Positions 62,108-64,000 of a DNA stretch of 64,000 nt are shown here, one piece after another (position 1 is the first letter of the stretch; each line of letters begins with the position of its first letter). Made by a program: the position numbers and the translations under genes. The DNA is from Utricularia gibba (Eukaryota; Plantae; Magnoliophyta): positions 62,001-126,000 of the forward strand of contig NEEC01000007.1 of assembly GCA_002189035.1 (NCBI GenBank), written 5' to 3'. Below the pieces are notes generated by a model that did not search any database, had not been told where the DNA came from, and was given only the letters and a program-made list of their open reading frames with translations.

Positions 62108-64000
62108 ATGGCACTTTTGCCTGTGGGGTTAGTTTTGTTTCTGGGTTCTTGTTGTTTCCTGTCCTCGAATGCCCAGAATTTAGAGAACCCAGAGCGCCAA
62201 ACCCTGCTATCTTTCAAGAAATCCCTTCAAAACCCTGAAATTTTGCCGTGGGATGTTGGGATTTCTCATTGTAACTGGACTGGGGTTTCCTGCAATGGCG
62301 AAGGCAGAGTAACTTCGCTAGTTCTTTCGGCTACCGCTCTGAATAATGGGCCGCTCATCGGGCGTATTTCATCTGCCGTGTTCTCTCTCAGTGCCCTCGT
62401 TGTCTTGGATCTCTCGTCGAATCAGTTCTATGGGGAGTTTTCACCGGAGATTGCTTCGCTTACGAGACTGATGGTCTTAGACGTGGGTTATAACGGCTTG
62501 ACGGGGGAGCTGCCGCGGCAACTTGGTGAGTTGACGAGTTTAACGACACTTCGACTCGGACCGAATATGTTCACGGGTAATATTCCGCCGGAACTGGGGA
62601 ATCTGGTAAAGCTTGAATCTTTTGATGCATCCGGAAATTCTCTCACTGGATACATTCCGCCCCATCTGGGGAATTTGACTCAGCTGCAGGTTTTGGCTCT
62701 TGGAAACAATTTTCTTACGGGCTCTTTGCCGGGAAACCTCTTCGCAAACCTGCAGTTTCTGTCTTCGTTTGATGTTTCAAACAACTCACTTTCCGGGCAA
62801 CTACCGCCGGAGATCGGGAAACTTGGTTCATTGAAAGTTCTTTACCTTGGTGACAACCATTTCTCCGGCATGTTGCCACCGGAGACTGGGGAGCTTTCGA
62901 GTCTTGAGATTTTCTCTGCTCCGTCTTGTCTATTTACAGGTCATTTGCCTGATACATTCTCTAACCTAAAAGCCTTAAGCAAGCTTGATCTTTCCTATAA
63001 TCCGTTACAGTGCCCGATTCCAAAGGCTGTTGGTGATATGAGTAATTTGACAGTGCTGAATCTTGTTTATTCTGAGCTTAATGGTACGATACCACCGGAG
63101 ATTGGCAAATGCAGAAACTTGAGAGCTCTCATGCTTTCATTCAATTCTCTTTCTGGAGGTTTACCTGAGGAGTTATCACAGTTACCATTGATGACTTTTG
63201 CGGCTGAAAAGAACCTTCTTTCAGGCCCATTGCCTCCTTGGCTTGGAAAGTGGTCACAAGTTGATTCTATATTGCTTTCAAGCAATAGATTCTCTGGAAA
63301 AATCCCACCTGACATTGGAAATTGTTCAATGCTAAGTCACATTAGTTTGAGCAGTAATTTCCTTACTGGTGAGATTCCTGCTGAACTCTGTAATGCTGTT
63401 TCGCTTTCAGAGCTAGAACTTGACCACAACTTCCTCGGCGGTAGTATTGAGGGGACATTTGTTAACTGTGGAAATTTAACACAGTTAGTGCTAATGGGAA
63501 ATCTTATCGTCGGTTCTATTCCGGATTATCTATCGGAGCTCCCACTGAATCTTCTTGTGCTTGATTCAAACAACTTCACGGGCAATATACCTCTGGGTAT
63601 TTGGGGTTCGCAGAGTTTGATTGAATTTTCAGCTTCGAATAACCAGTTAGAGGGCTCTCTCCTGCTGAAATTGGCAATGCCATCTCGTTTGAGATGATCG
63701 TTCTTTCCGACAATAAGCTCACTGGGCCGATCCCTCGGCAAATTGGACTACTTGCTTCTCTTTCCTTCTTGAATCTCAACTCCAATTTTCTTGAAGGAAA
63801 TATACCGTTAGAACTTGGGAACTGTAGTCGGCTGTCTACCCTGGACTTGGGCAACAATAGGCTTGATGGCTCCATTCCCGAAGAAATAGCTTTGTTGCCA
63901 CAGCTACAATGCCTCATTCTCTCGAAGAACAATTTTTCTGGAAATATCCCTTCCAACGCTTCCATGTATTTCAGACAAGTTCAGAATGTTCCTTATTCAT
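62108..64000 (+). CDS. EMS1: LRR receptor kinase EMS1/EXS-like, 5' part. Reading frame broken by an apparent 1-nt deletion at about 63660; gene runs off the right edge.
   Basis: Signal peptide, LLSFKKSLQNP..W...HCNWTGVSC and an intronless LRR run with EMS1-typical PSCLFTGHLP, LDLSYNPLQCPIPK, LTFAAEKNLLSGPLPPWLGKW and LSKNNFSGNIPSNASMYFRQV (start of the island domain). Confidence 0.88.

Noticed and set aside
1-64000. Prokaryotic-type systems (CRISPR arrays, IS elements, operons)
   Set aside because: The sequence is spliceosomal-intron-containing plant nuclear DNA. No spaced direct-repeat arrays, terminal inverted repeats or transposase ORFs were seen.

Overview
Angiosperm (most likely eudicot) nuclear DNA with very high gene density. 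I find 23 protein-coding loci in 64 kb (about 1 per 2.8 kb), mostly short introns, many microsatellites, and no recognisable transposon, tRNA, rRNA or conserved miRNA. Gene order: COG7 (partial), G3Pp, PPR, EXL3, CML13-like, DUF761, AHL, MAP65, TPX2-like, ERECTA-like, KEA5-like, KCS, TRM, SOC1/AGL42-like MADS, 2OG-Fe(II) oxygenase, LysM, ZFWD, ABCB28, CBF, DREB A-4, BAG, CCB2, EMS1 (partial). From memory this matches the conserved eudicot CBF syntenic block. The compaction suggests a miniature-genome plant such as a Lentibulariaceae species, which is inference only. Exon boundaries were read by hand from GT/GC-AG signals and family motifs. The most notable observations are gene lesions or motif losses: a multiply disrupted SOC1-like gene, a frameshifted EMS1, a stop-split DUF761 gene, a His-less KCS and an AHL lacking GRFEIL. 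A (GATGAC)7 microsatellite also creates an as-1-spaced TGACG array upstream of CBF. Some 1-nt indels may be assembly errors. I found no clearly novel multi-gene system.
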